Shown here one piece after another: positions 33,897 to 43,199 of a stretch of 64,000 bases of DNA. The notes beneath the pieces are model-generated. The model was not told the DNA's origin. It did no database searches and saw nothing but the letters and a program-made list of their open reading frames with translations. Each line of letters starts with the position of its first letter. Position 1 is the stretch's first letter. This DNA is from a bacterium (GTDB lineage: Bacteria; Omnitrophota; Gorgyraeia; Duberdicusellales; 4484-171): positions 119,755 through 183,754 of the forward strand of contig JAJYOP010000001.1 of NCBI GenBank assembly GCA_021796115.1. Direction: 5' to 3'. A program made the position numbers and the translations under genes.

Positions 33897-35165
33897 TCAC
33901 AATTTCTTGTTCAATTTCCTGACGAAGTTTTTTATCTCCCAAAAATCCCTTATTTTATCCTGCTGAAAAAATCCGAAAATTGAATTGTTATGTAAAAGCG
34001 GCTCTTTAAACTCCGGAGGATATTCTTCAAATAATTTAGTTCCCGGAACAGGAGAAAATTCCGCCAAAGATACCCGCGCGCCCAAAGAATTTAAAAACTC
34101 CACATCTTTGCGAAGATCTTCCAGGTTTTGCCGCGGAAATCCCAATAAAAGATATACGCTAACCCCCCCATTTTTAAAGCCGCTATTTTTCAATAAATTC
34201 AAGCCCTTTACAAGGTCATCCCTATTTACTTTATCGCCCCAGAGTTTTTGTAAGGAAGAGTCGAGGGTCTCAAGGCCAAAGTGAGGATTAACGAAGCCGG
34301 AATTTTTTAGGAGTGCGGCCATCTCTTCGTCAAGAAACCGCAGGTGTAACGCATTAGGCGTATGGAAATTTATATTTAATTTTAATTCGTTTATTGCCCT
34401 AAGGATCCTTTTTGCATATTCAGGTTCATAGAAAAAGGCGTCATCATAGAGCACAAAATCTTTCATCCCTCCCGCCGCATATTTTTTAATAAAATTTATA
34501 ACTTTATCTTCCGGCAAGCGGAAAAAATCCGGAAATAATTTTTTTATCGCACAGTAGTTACAATTAAAAGGACAGCCCCATGACGTTCGAAAGACAATAT
34601 AATCAAGCGTTTTATAAAAATCATCATACTCCGGGAGGGTTGCGTAAAGTTTTTCGAAATCATATTCGATACCGAAAAGTTTGAAAAAATCTCCAAGCTC
34701 TTCATTGCCAAAAACAAAATCACATCCACTATTTAGCTTCGCATGATCTTTACAGAGCGTGGCATAAGTTCCGCCAAGAACTATTTTTATGCCGGGAAAT
34801 TCTTTTTTAAGAATATTTGCTGCTTCGATGATTCCCGGATACCAATAGGTCATGGAAGAAGTGATTAGTATATAATCAGGTTTTTTATCCCTGATTTTTT
34901 CTCTAAACTTATCCAAGCTGATGCCGTATCTTTTAAAATAACGTGGTATAGAATCAAACATTTTTGGCTTCTCGATTATTTCATTAAGATATTTGCCTCT
35001 GCCAAAAGTAGCGCTGGTTAATTTTTCTTCAAGGCAGTCAATGTAGCTGACATTTGCTTTCTTTTGCTTAAGATAGGAAAGTATGACTAAAAAACCATAA
35101 GGCTTTAGCCAGAAATCATAAGCCGCAAAATCATAAATCCATGGATTTATAGCTAGGATATTCAT
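33897..35165 (-). CDS. B12-binding-domain radical SAM protein
   Basis: N-terminal cobalamin-binding-like domain, CPFNCNYC cluster motif, 422 aa. Confidence 0.7.
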   Translation of the reverse strand: MNILAINPWIYDFAAYDFWLKPYGFLVILSYLKQKKANVSYIDCLEEKLTSATFGRGKYLNEIIEKPKMFDSIPRYFKRYGISLDKFREKIRDKKPDYILITSSMTYWYPGIIEAANILKKEFPGIKIVLGGTYATLCKDHAKLNSGCDFVFGNEELGDFFKLFGIEYDFEKLYATLPEYDDFYKTLDYIVFRTSWGCPFNCNYCAIKKLFPDFFRLPEDKVINFIKKYAAGGMKDFVLYDDAFFYEPEYAKRILRAINELKLNINFHTPNALHLRFLDEEMAALLKNSGFVNPHFGLETLDSSLQKLWGDKVNRDDLVKGLNLLKNSGFKNGGVSVYLLLGFPRQNLEDLRKDVEFLNSLGARVSLAEFSPVPGTKLFEEYPPEFKEPLLHNNSIFGFFQQDKIRDFWEIKNFVRKLNKKL

Positions 35166-35208
35166 CTCGCGATAATTATATCAAATATGGTATAATATTT
35201 ATAAAAAT

Positions 35209-36195
35209 ATGCTGGAAAACATTTTTCGACAAACAATTACTGAATACGATTTGATAGAGAAGAAGGACCGGATAATCCTTGGCATTTCTGGCGGACCGGA
35301 TTCTCTATTTATGCTTTATCAATTCCATAATCTTGCCAAAGAGTATAAATTGCATCTTGTTTGTGCACACTTTAACCATATGCTAAGGCAAGAGGCTGAC
35401 GACGAAGAGGAGTATGCAAAAAATTTATGCAAAAATCTTGGCCTCGATTTTATCAGTGAAAAAAAAGATGTGAAAAAGTTTTTTGCCGGTGATTCGCTTG
35501 AGCAAACCGCAAGAAACCTTCGTTTTGATTTCTTTTTAAAATGCAGCCGGCACTATAAAATAAAAAAAATCGCCCTTGCTCACCATAAAGATGACCTTAT
35601 TGAAACGATTCTCATGCGCCTATTCCGCGGAACGGGCATAAAAGGGTTACGCGGCTTTCTTCCAAAATCAAAATATAAAGGATTAACCATTATCCGGCCG
35701 TTGATTGAAATGCGAAAGCAAGAAATTGTTTCCTGGCTTAAAGAAAATAAAATTGAATACTGCCTGGATAAAAGTAATTTTGAAGATAAATTTTTTCGTA
35801 ACCGTATACGGCTTAAATTAATACCATTCCTTGAGGAGCTCAATCCAAGCATTGTCCAAAATTTGTCTAATTTGAGTAAGACTATTTCGCTTGATTATGA
35901 TTTTATCTATACGTTTTCCCGTAATGCCTTCAACTTGCTCAAAAAAGGCGATTCTAAGCGAGAAGTTAAACTCTCCCTTGAAGGGCTCAAAAAACTGCAT
36001 CCTGCCATACTCAAAAATGTCATCAGGATTGCTTTTGAAGAAGTAAAGGGCGACACGCGAAAATTAGAGCTTAGGCATATGGATGAAATAATTGATCTTA
36101 TCTTCAAAAGACCTGTCGCTAGCATTGTGCACCTGCCATCGCTTTCTGTCAGAAAAGAGCAGAATATAGTCATTATTAAAACCTTGATTTTGTAA
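35209..36195 (+). CDS. tilS: tRNA(Ile)-lysidine synthetase
   Basis: PP-loop GISGGPDS, LAHHKDD motif. Confidence 0.88.
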   Translation: MLENIFRQTITEYDLIEKKDRIILGISGGPDSLFMLYQFHNLAKEYKLHLVCAHFNHMLRQEADDEEEYAKNLCKNLGLDFISEKKDVKKFFAGDSLEQTARNLRFDFFLKCSRHYKIKKIALAHHKDDLIETILMRLFRGTGIKGLRGFLPKSKYKGLTIIRPLIEMRKQEIVSWLKENKIEYCLDKSNFEDKFFRNRIRLKLIPFLEELNPSIVQNLSNLSKTISLDYDFIYTFSRNAFNLLKKGDSKREVKLSLEGLKKLHPAILKNVIRIAFEEVKGDTRKLELRHMDEIIDLIFKRPVASIVHLPSLSVRKEQNIVIIKTLIL

Positions 36196-36219
36196 GGCCA
36201 TAAAGTATAATACCTATCT

Positions 36220-38115
36220 ATGGAAAACAAGAAAAAAACCCAAAATCCAAATTTCATCCGCGGGGCCACCATCTGGATAATAATATTTATGGGGCTGATG
36301 GCCTTGACCAATATTTTTTCTTTTAAGCTCAATATTAAAGAGCTTAATTACAGTGAATTTTACAGATTGGTTGAAGATAATCCCCGGAATAATACTATAA
36401 AATTGGCAAAAGAAACAGATAACGAAATCACGGGAGAATTTACCGAAAAAGGCGCAAAGGAAATCGGGGAAGGTAAGGAGTATTTTAAAGTTTATATCCC
36501 GGAAAACGATAAAGACATGCTTGCGCTTTTAAGAAAGAATGTAAACAAGTTTACGATAGAGCCCCCAAAAGCATGGGCAAACATGCTTTACTATTTATTC
36601 CCGACCCTTATTTTTATTGCTTTTCTCTGGTATTTTTCCTATAAAGGAAACCAATTGGGTTCGCGCGTCTGGAGTTTCGGAAGATCAAGAGCGCAAGTTA
36701 TTGAAAAAGAAAAAGCAACAAGAATTACCTTTAAAGATGTTGCCGGGATAGATGAAGCTAAGGAAGAATTGACAGAGATTATAGAATTTCTAAAAGATCC
36801 TAAAAAATTTCAACGCCTCGGAGGTCACATTCCCAAAGGCGTTCTGCTTGTCGGCCCTCCAGGTTGTGGGAAAACGCTTCTTGCTAAAGCAGTTGCCGGC
36901 GAAGCAGAAGTACCGTTTTTTAGTATCAGTGGTTCCGACTTCGTTGAGATGTTTGTTGGCGTGGGTGCATCGCGTGTGCGCGATTTATTCGACCAGGCCA
37001 AGAAGGCCGCAAAACTTGGGGGCCGCGGGTGCATAGTTTTTATCGATGAAATAGATGCGGTGGGCCGGCAGCGGTTTGCCGGTATCGGCGGAGGCCACGA
37101 TGAAAGAGAACAAACCTTGAACCAATTGCTTGCCGACATGGATGGTTTTCAAACTGAAGAAGGAATAATTGTTATGGCGGCAACAAACCGTCCGGATGTT
37201 TTAGACCCCGCACTGCTTAGGCCGGGCAGATTCGACAGGCATATTATCGTAAATCTTCCTGATATAAAGGGAAGGGAGGAAGTATTAAAAGTTCATACCA
37301 GGAAAGTTAAGTTATCGGAAAAGGTCGACTTAAAATCATTGGCGGCTCAAACGCCGGGCTTTTCCGGCGCTGATTTGGCAAATCTTTGCAATGAAGCCGC
37401 GCTGCTTGCCGCAAGGCATAATAAAGAATCAGTTGAGCAAATTGATTTTGAAAAATCCATAGAAAGGATAATGATTGGGCCGGAAAAGAAAAGCCATGTT
37501 ATGTCAAAGAAAGACAAAGAAATTACTGCGATACATGAAGCAGGTCATGCGCTTATTTCGCTTTTACTTACCGAGCTTGATCCTCCAAAACGCGTTTCGA
37601 TAATTCCAAGAGGCCTTGCCGGAGGTTACACCTTCGCTCCCCCGATAGAAGATAAGCACCATTGGTTTAAGAACGAAATATTTGCAAGAATCGTTTTTGC
37701 CCTTGGCGGCAGGGCATCTGAAGAGATAAAATTACACGACATTACAACCGGCGCTCAAGATGATTTGGAAAAGGCTTCGCAGATGGCAAGGCATATGATT
37801 ACCAAGTTTGGTATGTCTGAGAGGCTTGGAAATATTACTTTGGGCCGGCGTGAAGGGCCGGTATTTTTAGGCCGGGACTTACTTGAAGAAAAAAATTACA
37901 GCGAAGAAACCGCCCGCATTATCGATGAAGAAGTAAAAAAAATTATTGATCAGGCTTACAAAAAAGCAAAAGATCTGCTAGCTGACAATGCAGACAAACT
38001 TAAAAGCCTTTCCGACGCTTTGGTTGAAAAAGAGGTTCTCGATGGAGAAGAGGTAAAGAAAATTACCGGAATTTTCAGAAAGTCCCCCACAGAAGACAAA
38101 GGGGATACCGCATAG
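36220..38115 (+). CDS. ftsH: ATP-dependent zinc metalloprotease FtsH
   Basis: Two TM helices, Walker [12 protein letters not shown], zinc motif HEAGHAL. Confidence 0.95.
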   Translation: MENKKKTQNPNFIRGATIWIIIFMGLMALTNIFSFKLNIKELNYSEFYRLVEDNPRNNTIKLAKETDNEITGEFTEKGAKEIGEGKEYFKVYIPENDKDMLALLRKNVNKFTIEPPKAWANMLYYLFPTLIFIAFLWYFSYKGNQLGSRVWSFGRSRAQVIEKEKATRITFKDVAGIDEAKEELTEIIEFLKDPKKFQRLGGHIPKGVLLVGPPGCGKTLLAKAVAGEAEVPFFSISGSDFVEMFVGVGASRVRDLFDQAKKAAKLGGRGCIVFIDEIDAVGRQRFAGIGGGHDEREQTLNQLLADMDGFQTEEGIIVMAATNRPDVLDPALLRPGRFDRHIIVNLPDIKGREEVLKVHTRKVKLSEKVDLKSLAAQTPGFSGADLANLCNEAALLAARHNKESVEQIDFEKSIERIMIGPEKKSHVMSKKDKEITAIHEAGHALISLLLTELDPPKRVSIIPRGLAGGYTFAPPIEDKHHWFKNEIFARIVFALGGRASEEIKLHDITTGAQDDLEKASQMARHMITKFGMSERLGNITLGRREGPVFLGRDLLEEKNYSEETARIIDEEVKKIIDQAYKKAKDLLADNADKLKSLSDALVEKEVLDGEEVKKITGIFRKSPTEDKGDTA

Positions 38116-38145
38116 TTTTCCCGCTATTTTCGTCTTAAAATTTAG

Positions 38146-39360
38146 ATGAAGATCACTCCTGTAAAAATCGAAAATGAATCTCAAGCAAAGAATTTAATGT
38201 CTTGCCTTGGCGTAACCAGCCAAGGCATCAATATCTTATCTCCAAAAAGCGTTTACGCTGTTTTTAAGATAGAGGGTATAAAATCTTGGGAAGCAAACAT
38301 CATAAAACAACATTTACTTTCGTTAGGGTCAGATAGCGCAATAGAAAGAACGGCTTTAATCAAAAATATAAAAACTGCAACGCTTATTTTCGGCAGCGTC
38401 AGCCAGCTTGAAAAATTATGTCTAAAGCTGAAAAACCAGCCTTTTAGCCTCAAAGATATAGCTAACGAATTATCTTTTTACCTCGGTAATTTTTTTAAAA
38501 CAGAATTTATTTTTAAGGCCCGCGACAAAACATTAAAAATAAACAAACCGATTGTTTGCGGCGTAATAAATCTGACGACTGATTCTTTTTCCGGCGACGG
38601 ATTGTTGAAACACCAGTTGTCAAATGGACAATACCAAAAATTAATATTGAGGGAAGCGGAAACGATGGTTAAAGCAGGAGCAGAAATGTTAGATTTAGGA
38701 GCCGAATCCTCAAGGCCGCATTCCAAACCGATACCTGAATCCGAAGAAACAAAAAGGATAGCTCCGGCCGTTGCAACAGTCAGAAAGGAATTTAAAAACA
38801 TAATACTTTCAGTAGATACCTATAAATTTAATGTTGCAAAAATTGCCGCCGAAGAGGGTGCGGATGTAATCAACGATATCACAGCTTTACGCAAATCGCC
38901 AGAAATAATTAATTTGATAAAAAAACAAGAACTTGGCGTTATCATCATGCATATGAAAGGTATTCCCGCCACAATGCAAAAAAATCCGCATTATAAAAAT
39001 ACAACTGAAGATATACTTGATTTTTTTAAAAGCCGGGTTTTGCTTTTAGACCGGAAAAAAATAGACCGTAATCGTATTTTACTTGATCCAGGCATAGGTT
39101 TTGGAAAAACCGTGGAAGACAATCTTAAAATCATAAGGGAATTATATAAATTTAAAATATTAGGGTTTCCTGTTTTTCTTGGTTTATCGCGAAAATATTT
39201 TATCGGCAAAATCCTGGACAAAACCGTAAATGAAAGGCTTTATGGAACTATTGCCGGGAATGTGGTAGCATATATAAATGGAGCAAATATATTAAGAGTC
39301 CATGATGTAAAAGAAAATAAAGAAGCGCTTGATATCGCATTTAATATAATAAACATTTAA
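38146..39360 (+). CDS. folP: Dihydropteroate synthase with a ~130-aa N-terminal extension
   Basis: GVINLTTDSFSGDG, DLGAESSRP and DPGIGFGK motifs start at about residue 135. The N-terminal domain is not recognised. Confidence 0.8.
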   Translation: MKITPVKIENESQAKNLMSCLGVTSQGINILSPKSVYAVFKIEGIKSWEANIIKQHLLSLGSDSAIERTALIKNIKTATLIFGSVSQLEKLCLKLKNQPFSLKDIANELSFYLGNFFKTEFIFKARDKTLKINKPIVCGVINLTTDSFSGDGLLKHQLSNGQYQKLILREAETMVKAGAEMLDLGAESSRPHSKPIPESEETKRIAPAVATVRKEFKNIILSVDTYKFNVAKIAAEEGADVINDITALRKSPEIINLIKKQELGVIIMHMKGIPATMQKNPHYKNTTEDILDFFKSRVLLLDRKKIDRNRILLDPGIGFGKTVEDNLKIIRELYKFKILGFPVFLGLSRKYFIGKILDKTVNERLYGTIAGNVVAYINGANILRVHDVKENKEALDIAFNIINI

Positions 39361-39363
39361 AAC

Positions 39364-40113
39364 ATGTTTTTAAGATTCTTAAACGCGAGGACGATTCTAG
39401 AAATAATTATACTCTGGGCCGTTATATACCGGGTATTGGTTTCTTTGAAAGGAACGAGGGGCGTTTATATTATAAGAGGAATTATCGTTTTGATAATTTC
39501 TTATTTTATCTTCCAGAAATTAGGGCTTACGGTATTAATCTGGCTGCTTACCAATTTTTTCGCCTTTTACTTGATAATTATCGTTGTAATATTCCAGCCT
39601 GAATTGCGCGAGGCGCTCATAAAATTAGGCCAGCGCCATATTTTTTATAAAGGCCTGGGTAAAGAAGAGATAGAAAAAATATTAAGAGAAATCGTTTCTG
39701 CAGTAAGTATTCTTTCCAGGAAAAAAATAGGCGCACTTATCGCCATTAAAAGGGAAATGGGCCTTAAAGATTATATAGAAAGCGGCGTTATGGTTAACGC
39801 AGATTTGAGCTCTGAATTATTGCAAAATATATTTCATCCGCTGGCGCCTCTTCATGATGGAGGAGTTATCGTCGAAGGTCCAAAAATAGTTGCTGCCTCC
39901 TGTCTTTTTCCGCACAGCGACAGTTTGAATCTTGAAAAAGGCATAGGCATGCGTCATCGTTCAGGTATAGGGCTTTCCGAACATTCGGATGCCCTTGTGG
40001 TAATTGTTTCAGAGGAGAATGGGCACATATCTTTGGCGATAAATGGCCAATTAACCGGAGACTTAACTTCGGATGATCTCCTTACCATTTTGAAAGGGCA
40101 ATTAAGCAAATGA
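39364..40113 (+). CDS. cdaA: Diadenylate cyclase (membrane-anchored CdaA type)
   Basis: Three N-terminal TM helices; DAC domain motifs HDGGVIV and GMRHRSGIGLSE. Confidence 0.88.
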   Translation: MFLRFLNARTILEIIILWAVIYRVLVSLKGTRGVYIIRGIIVLIISYFIFQKLGLTVLIWLLTNFFAFYLIIIVVIFQPELREALIKLGQRHIFYKGLGKEEIEKILREIVSAVSILSRKKIGALIAIKREMGLKDYIESGVMVNADLSSELLQNIFHPLAPLHDGGVIVEGPKIVAASCLFPHSDSLNLEKGIGMRHRSGIGLSEHSDALVVIVSEENGHISLAINGQLTGDLTSDDLLTILKGQLSK

Positions 40114-40256
40114 AGATAAAATTTTTAAAACTAAGAAAATTAAACATAAAGGAATTAATAACCTATAATTTCTGGCTAAAGATGATTTCTTTAGGCATAG
40201 CAATAGTTGTCTGGCTTTATGTAAGTAATCAAATCACAAAAGGTCTCAAGATATAA
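40110..40256 (+). CDS. 48-aa single-TM ORF overlapping the cdaA stop (ATGA); resembles only the N-terminal anchor of CdaR/YbbR
   Basis: Not in the ORF track (below 60 aa). MKIKFLKLRKLNIKELITYNFWLKMISLGIAIVVWLYVSNQITKGLKI. Occupies the position of cdaR. Confidence 0.4.
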   Translation: MKIKFLKLRKLNIKELITYNFWLKMISLGIAIVVWLYVSNQITKGLKI

Positions 40257-40267
40257 TTAAAATAAAA

Positions 40268-40981
40268 ATGAAACTGGGTGTAAATATTGACCATATCGCA
40301 ACCTTGCGCCGGGCTAGAGGCACGTTTTATCCCGACCCGGTCGTAGGGGCTTTACTTTGTGAATATAGCGGTGCAAGCTCAATTGTCGCTCATCTTAGAG
40401 AAGACAGGCGCCACATCAAAGAGAGAGATATTTTATTGATTAAAAAAGCAATAAAGATACCTTTTAACCTGGAGATGTCCATAAATAAAGATATCGTAGA
40501 TTTTGCATTAAAGATAAAACCAGACCAGGCAACTTTGGTTCCGGAAAAGCGCCAGGAGCTTACTACTGAAGGCGGAATCGATTTAATAAAAAATTATAAA
40601 AAAGTTGAGTTTGCCGTAAAAAAATTACAGAAAAAAGGCATAACCGTCAGTTTATTTATTAATCCAAGCAAAGCGCAAGTTGAGAAAGCAAAGCAAATCG
40701 GCGCCGAGCACATTGAATTTAATACCGGGGAATACTCCGAAGCAAAAGCTAAAAGCTCGATAAAAAAAGAATTGAAACAAATAAAAGATACAGCTACCTT
40801 TGCGAAAAAAATGGGATTTTTCGTTGCCGCCGGTCACGGGCTTGATTACGAAAATGTAAAAGCAATCGCCAGTATAAAAGAAATAGAAGAATTAAATATC
40901 GGCCATTCAATAATTTGCCGTTCAATTTTTGTAGGTATAGCGGCGGCAGTCAAAGAAATGCGGTCATTACTGAAAAAGTGA
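40268..40981 (+). CDS. pdxJ: Pyridoxine 5'-phosphate synthase
   Basis: LGVNIDHIATLRRARG, EDRRHI, GHGL motifs. Confidence 0.92.
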   Translation: MKLGVNIDHIATLRRARGTFYPDPVVGALLCEYSGASSIVAHLREDRRHIKERDILLIKKAIKIPFNLEMSINKDIVDFALKIKPDQATLVPEKRQELTTEGGIDLIKNYKKVEFAVKKLQKKGITVSLFINPSKAQVEKAKQIGAEHIEFNTGEYSEAKAKSSIKKELKQIKDTATFAKKMGFFVAAGHGLDYENVKAIASIKEIEELNIGHSIICRSIFVGIAAAVKEMRSLLKK

Positions 40982-40987
40982 AACTTT

Positions 40988-41013
40988 CCGGTCTTTAAGA
41001 CCGGGACTTTTTT
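40988..41013 (+). terminator. Intrinsic terminator after pdxJ
   Basis: CCGGTC-TTTAA-GACCGG followed by a T6 run. Confidence 0.8.
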
Positions 41014-41167
41014 CCGGCGCAAGAATATTGCTCGCATATTCATCCAGCCCTTCGAGAAGGGCTGGATTCATCTCCAGGCTATCCGAAGAAATGGCCCTTC
41101 CGGATACCTTTTAAGGAAGGCCATAAAGCCATGGGATTCTTGCGGAGGGGATTAAAATCAAAATGTT

Positions 41168-41548
41168 ATGGTAGTCGGCGTTGGCATAGATATGGTCAAA
41201 ATTGAGAAGATACAAAACGCAATCGAGCGTTTAGGCAAGGCTTTTATCGCTAAGATTTTTAATCCACAAGAAGTGAAAAATATTTCGGAAGGTAAAATGT
41301 ATTATCAACGTTTAGCGGCGCGCTTTGCGGCAAAAGAAGCAATAATAAAAGCAATTTCTAAAGAAAAACCGCTAGCTTTAAAAGATATCGTCATATTAAA
41401 TAAACCAAATGGGGCGCCCTATTGCGAATTTAAAAAAGACTTGGGAATAAAAATTTTTCTTTCCATAACCCACATCGAAGATTACGCAGTTGCCTGTGCG
41501 GTAGCAGAGAAAAACAAAGGGCGAAAGAATAAAGTTAAAGGGCGATGA
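41168..41548 (+). CDS. acpS: Holo-[acyl-carrier-protein] synthase
   Basis: VGIDMVKIEKI, FAAKEAIIKA, SITHIEDYAVA motifs. Confidence 0.9.
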   Translation: MVVGVGIDMVKIEKIQNAIERLGKAFIAKIFNPQEVKNISEGKMYYQRLAARFAAKEAIIKAISKEKPLALKDIVILNKPNGAPYCEFKKDLGIKIFLSITHIEDYAVACAVAEKNKGRKNKVKGR

Positions 41549-42399
41549 GATTACCAAAACACTTATTGAAACGAAAGCCAGACACCCATAAAGGTGATTA
41601 CGGTTTTATTTTCGTATTGGGCGGATCACCAGGGCTAACCGGCGCAGTTTCTTTATGCGCCAGCGCAGCCTTAAGAATGGGTTCCGGATTGGTAAGAGCA
41701 GGAGTTCCGGTATCTTTAGGAAGTATTCTCTCGACGAAACTTACCGAAGCTACTACTCTTTTTCTTGAAGAAGAGAACGGGTATCTTTCGGAAAAAGGTT
41801 TTAAGCAAATAGAAGCTTTACTGGAAAGGATAGATGTGATTGCTTTGGGAGGAGGAGCCTCTCAGGAACCTTGCGCAAGAAAGCTGCTCTTAAAAGTAAT
41901 TGAAAATATCGATAAACCAATGGTGATAGATGCAGACGCTTTAAATGCTATTTCCACGGATTTAACTGTTTTGGAGAGAAGAAAATCGAAACAATTAGTA
42001 TTAACTCCACACAATGTGGAATTTTTACGTTTAACCAAACTCAAGGTCGAAGATATAAAACGAAAACGAAAAGACCTTGTCAAAGATTTTGCTTTTAAGT
42101 ATAATCTAACTCTTCTATTAAAGGGGCATCGCACATTAGTAACTAATGGCAAAGAGTTATTTGAAAATAATACGGGAAATCCCGGTATGGCGACTGCCGG
42201 TTCAGGTGACATTCTGGCCGGGATAATTGCTTCACTCTTGGGACAAGGTTTGAGCTGTTTCGAAGCGGCAAAAATCGGCGTTTATCTGCACGGATTAGCC
42301 GGAGATTTGGCGGCGAAAGATAAAACAGAAATTTGTCTTATCGCTTCAGATATTATAGAATATTTGCCTAAGGTGATAAAGAAGATTAGTAACACGTAG
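41545..42399 (+). CDS. nnrD: ADP-dependent NAD(P)H-hydrate dehydratase (YjeF C-terminal type)
   Basis: HKGDYG, GAVSLCASAALRMGSGLV, GSGDILAGII motifs. Confidence 0.85.
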   Translation: MRLPKHLLKRKPDTHKGDYGFIFVLGGSPGLTGAVSLCASAALRMGSGLVRAGVPVSLGSILSTKLTEATTLFLEEENGYLSEKGFKQIEALLERIDVIALGGGASQEPCARKLLLKVIENIDKPMVIDADALNAISTDLTVLERRKSKQLVLTPHNVEFLRLTKLKVEDIKRKRKDLVKDFAFKYNLTLLLKGHRTLVTNGKELFENNTGNPGMATAGSGDILAGIIASLLGQGLSCFEAAKIGVYLHGLAGDLAAKDKTEICLIASDIIEYLPKVIKKISNT

Positions 42400-42441
42400 C
42401 AGGTTATGCGTGTTACGTGCGACGTAATACATAATAAAACC

Positions 42442-42514
42442 GCCCAGGTAGCTCAGTTGGTAGAGCTCCTCACTTGTAATGAGGGGGTCGAAGGTTCGAG
42501 TCCTTTCCTGGGCT
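42442..42514 (+). tRNA. tRNA-Thr (TGT)
   Basis: Acceptor GCCCAGG/CCTGGGC, anticodon loop CTTGTAA, T-loop TTCGAGT. Confidence 0.9.
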
Positions 42515-42683
42515 TTGTGTACGAAAATGTTAGCAGATGAAAATCGCAGATGGTCACAGATGAGAAATTCCAATAACCAATTTCTAAATTACAAACAAAT
42601 TCCAATATTCAATGATTCAAATTCCAAACCCAAAGCGTTCGGAACATTGGCCTTTTGGTCATTGAAATTTATTTGAAATTTGT

Positions 42684-42735
42684 CCTTCGACTTTGCTCAG
42701 GACACCCTTGAGCGAGTGAAAACGAGTCGAAGGGT
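42684..42735. repeat. CCTTCGACT...AGTCGAAGG element, copy 2
   Basis: Shares the 14-mer TTCGACTTTGCTCA and the 11-mer AGTCGAAGGGT with 7001-7062. Confidence 0.55.
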
Positions 42736-42763
42736 TGGTGTTTGGAGCTTGAGATTTGATAAT

Positions 42764-42804
42764 ATCTGTATTAATCTGTGGTTTGTTGTCTGTGCTGATC
42801 TATG
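42764..42804 (+). promoter_or_regulatory. ATCTGTG box array (degenerate, 4 boxes) directly upstream of tRNA-Tyr
   Basis: ATCTGTA-N3-ATCTGTG-N7-GTCTGTG-N3-ATCTATG. A possible promoter TTGGTG-N17-GATAAT lies at 42735-42763. Confidence 0.5.
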
Positions 42805-42810
42805 AAAATT

Positions 42811-42893
42811 GGGCAGGTTCCTGAGCGGCCAAAAGGGACAGACTGTAAATCTGTTGTGCTTGCACTTCGGAGGTTCAAATCCTCCCCTGCCCA
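42811..42893 (+). tRNA. tRNA-Tyr (GTA)
   Basis: Class II tRNA with long variable arm, acceptor GGGCAGG/CCTGCCC, anticodon loop CTGTAAA. Confidence 0.88.
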
Positions 42894-42998
42894 TTCTTCT
42901 TCGCCCGACACTAATTGAAACCGCAGGTCGGGCCTCGAAGGAATAGTTCCTGCGAAGCCCGACCGGCGATTACCTTGCGAATAGCGAAGCAGAACATT
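42894..42998 (+). repeat. Conserved tRNA 3' trailer element, copy 1
   Basis: Starts TTCTTCTTCGCCCG immediately after the discriminator base. Homologous to 56836-56968, which follows tRNA-Ala. Confidence 0.65.
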
Positions 42999-43030
42999 TT
43001 CTTAAAAAGGATAAACGAAACTAAGATGAC

Positions 43031-43101
43031 GCGGGCGTAGTTCAATGGCAGAACACTAGCCTTCCAAGCTGGATATGTCGGTTCGATCCCGATCGCCCGC
43101 T
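43031..43101 (+). tRNA. tRNA-Gly (TCC)
   Basis: Acceptor GCGGGCG/CGCCCGC, anticodon loop CTTCCAA, T-loop TTCGATC. Confidence 0.88.
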
Positions 43102-43199
43102 TACTGAGACTTGCAATCTTTCAGACAGGAAGTCTGAAAAATTGCCTAGTCGAAATACCCCCGAGCGACCGAAGGGAGCGAGTGGGGTAATAAATAAAC

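Noticed and set aside
42400-43199. tRNA cluster as the attachment site of an integrated element or genomic island
   Set aside because: No integrase, excisionase or phage genes lie nearby, there is no duplicated tRNA 3' end, and the flanking genes are housekeeping.
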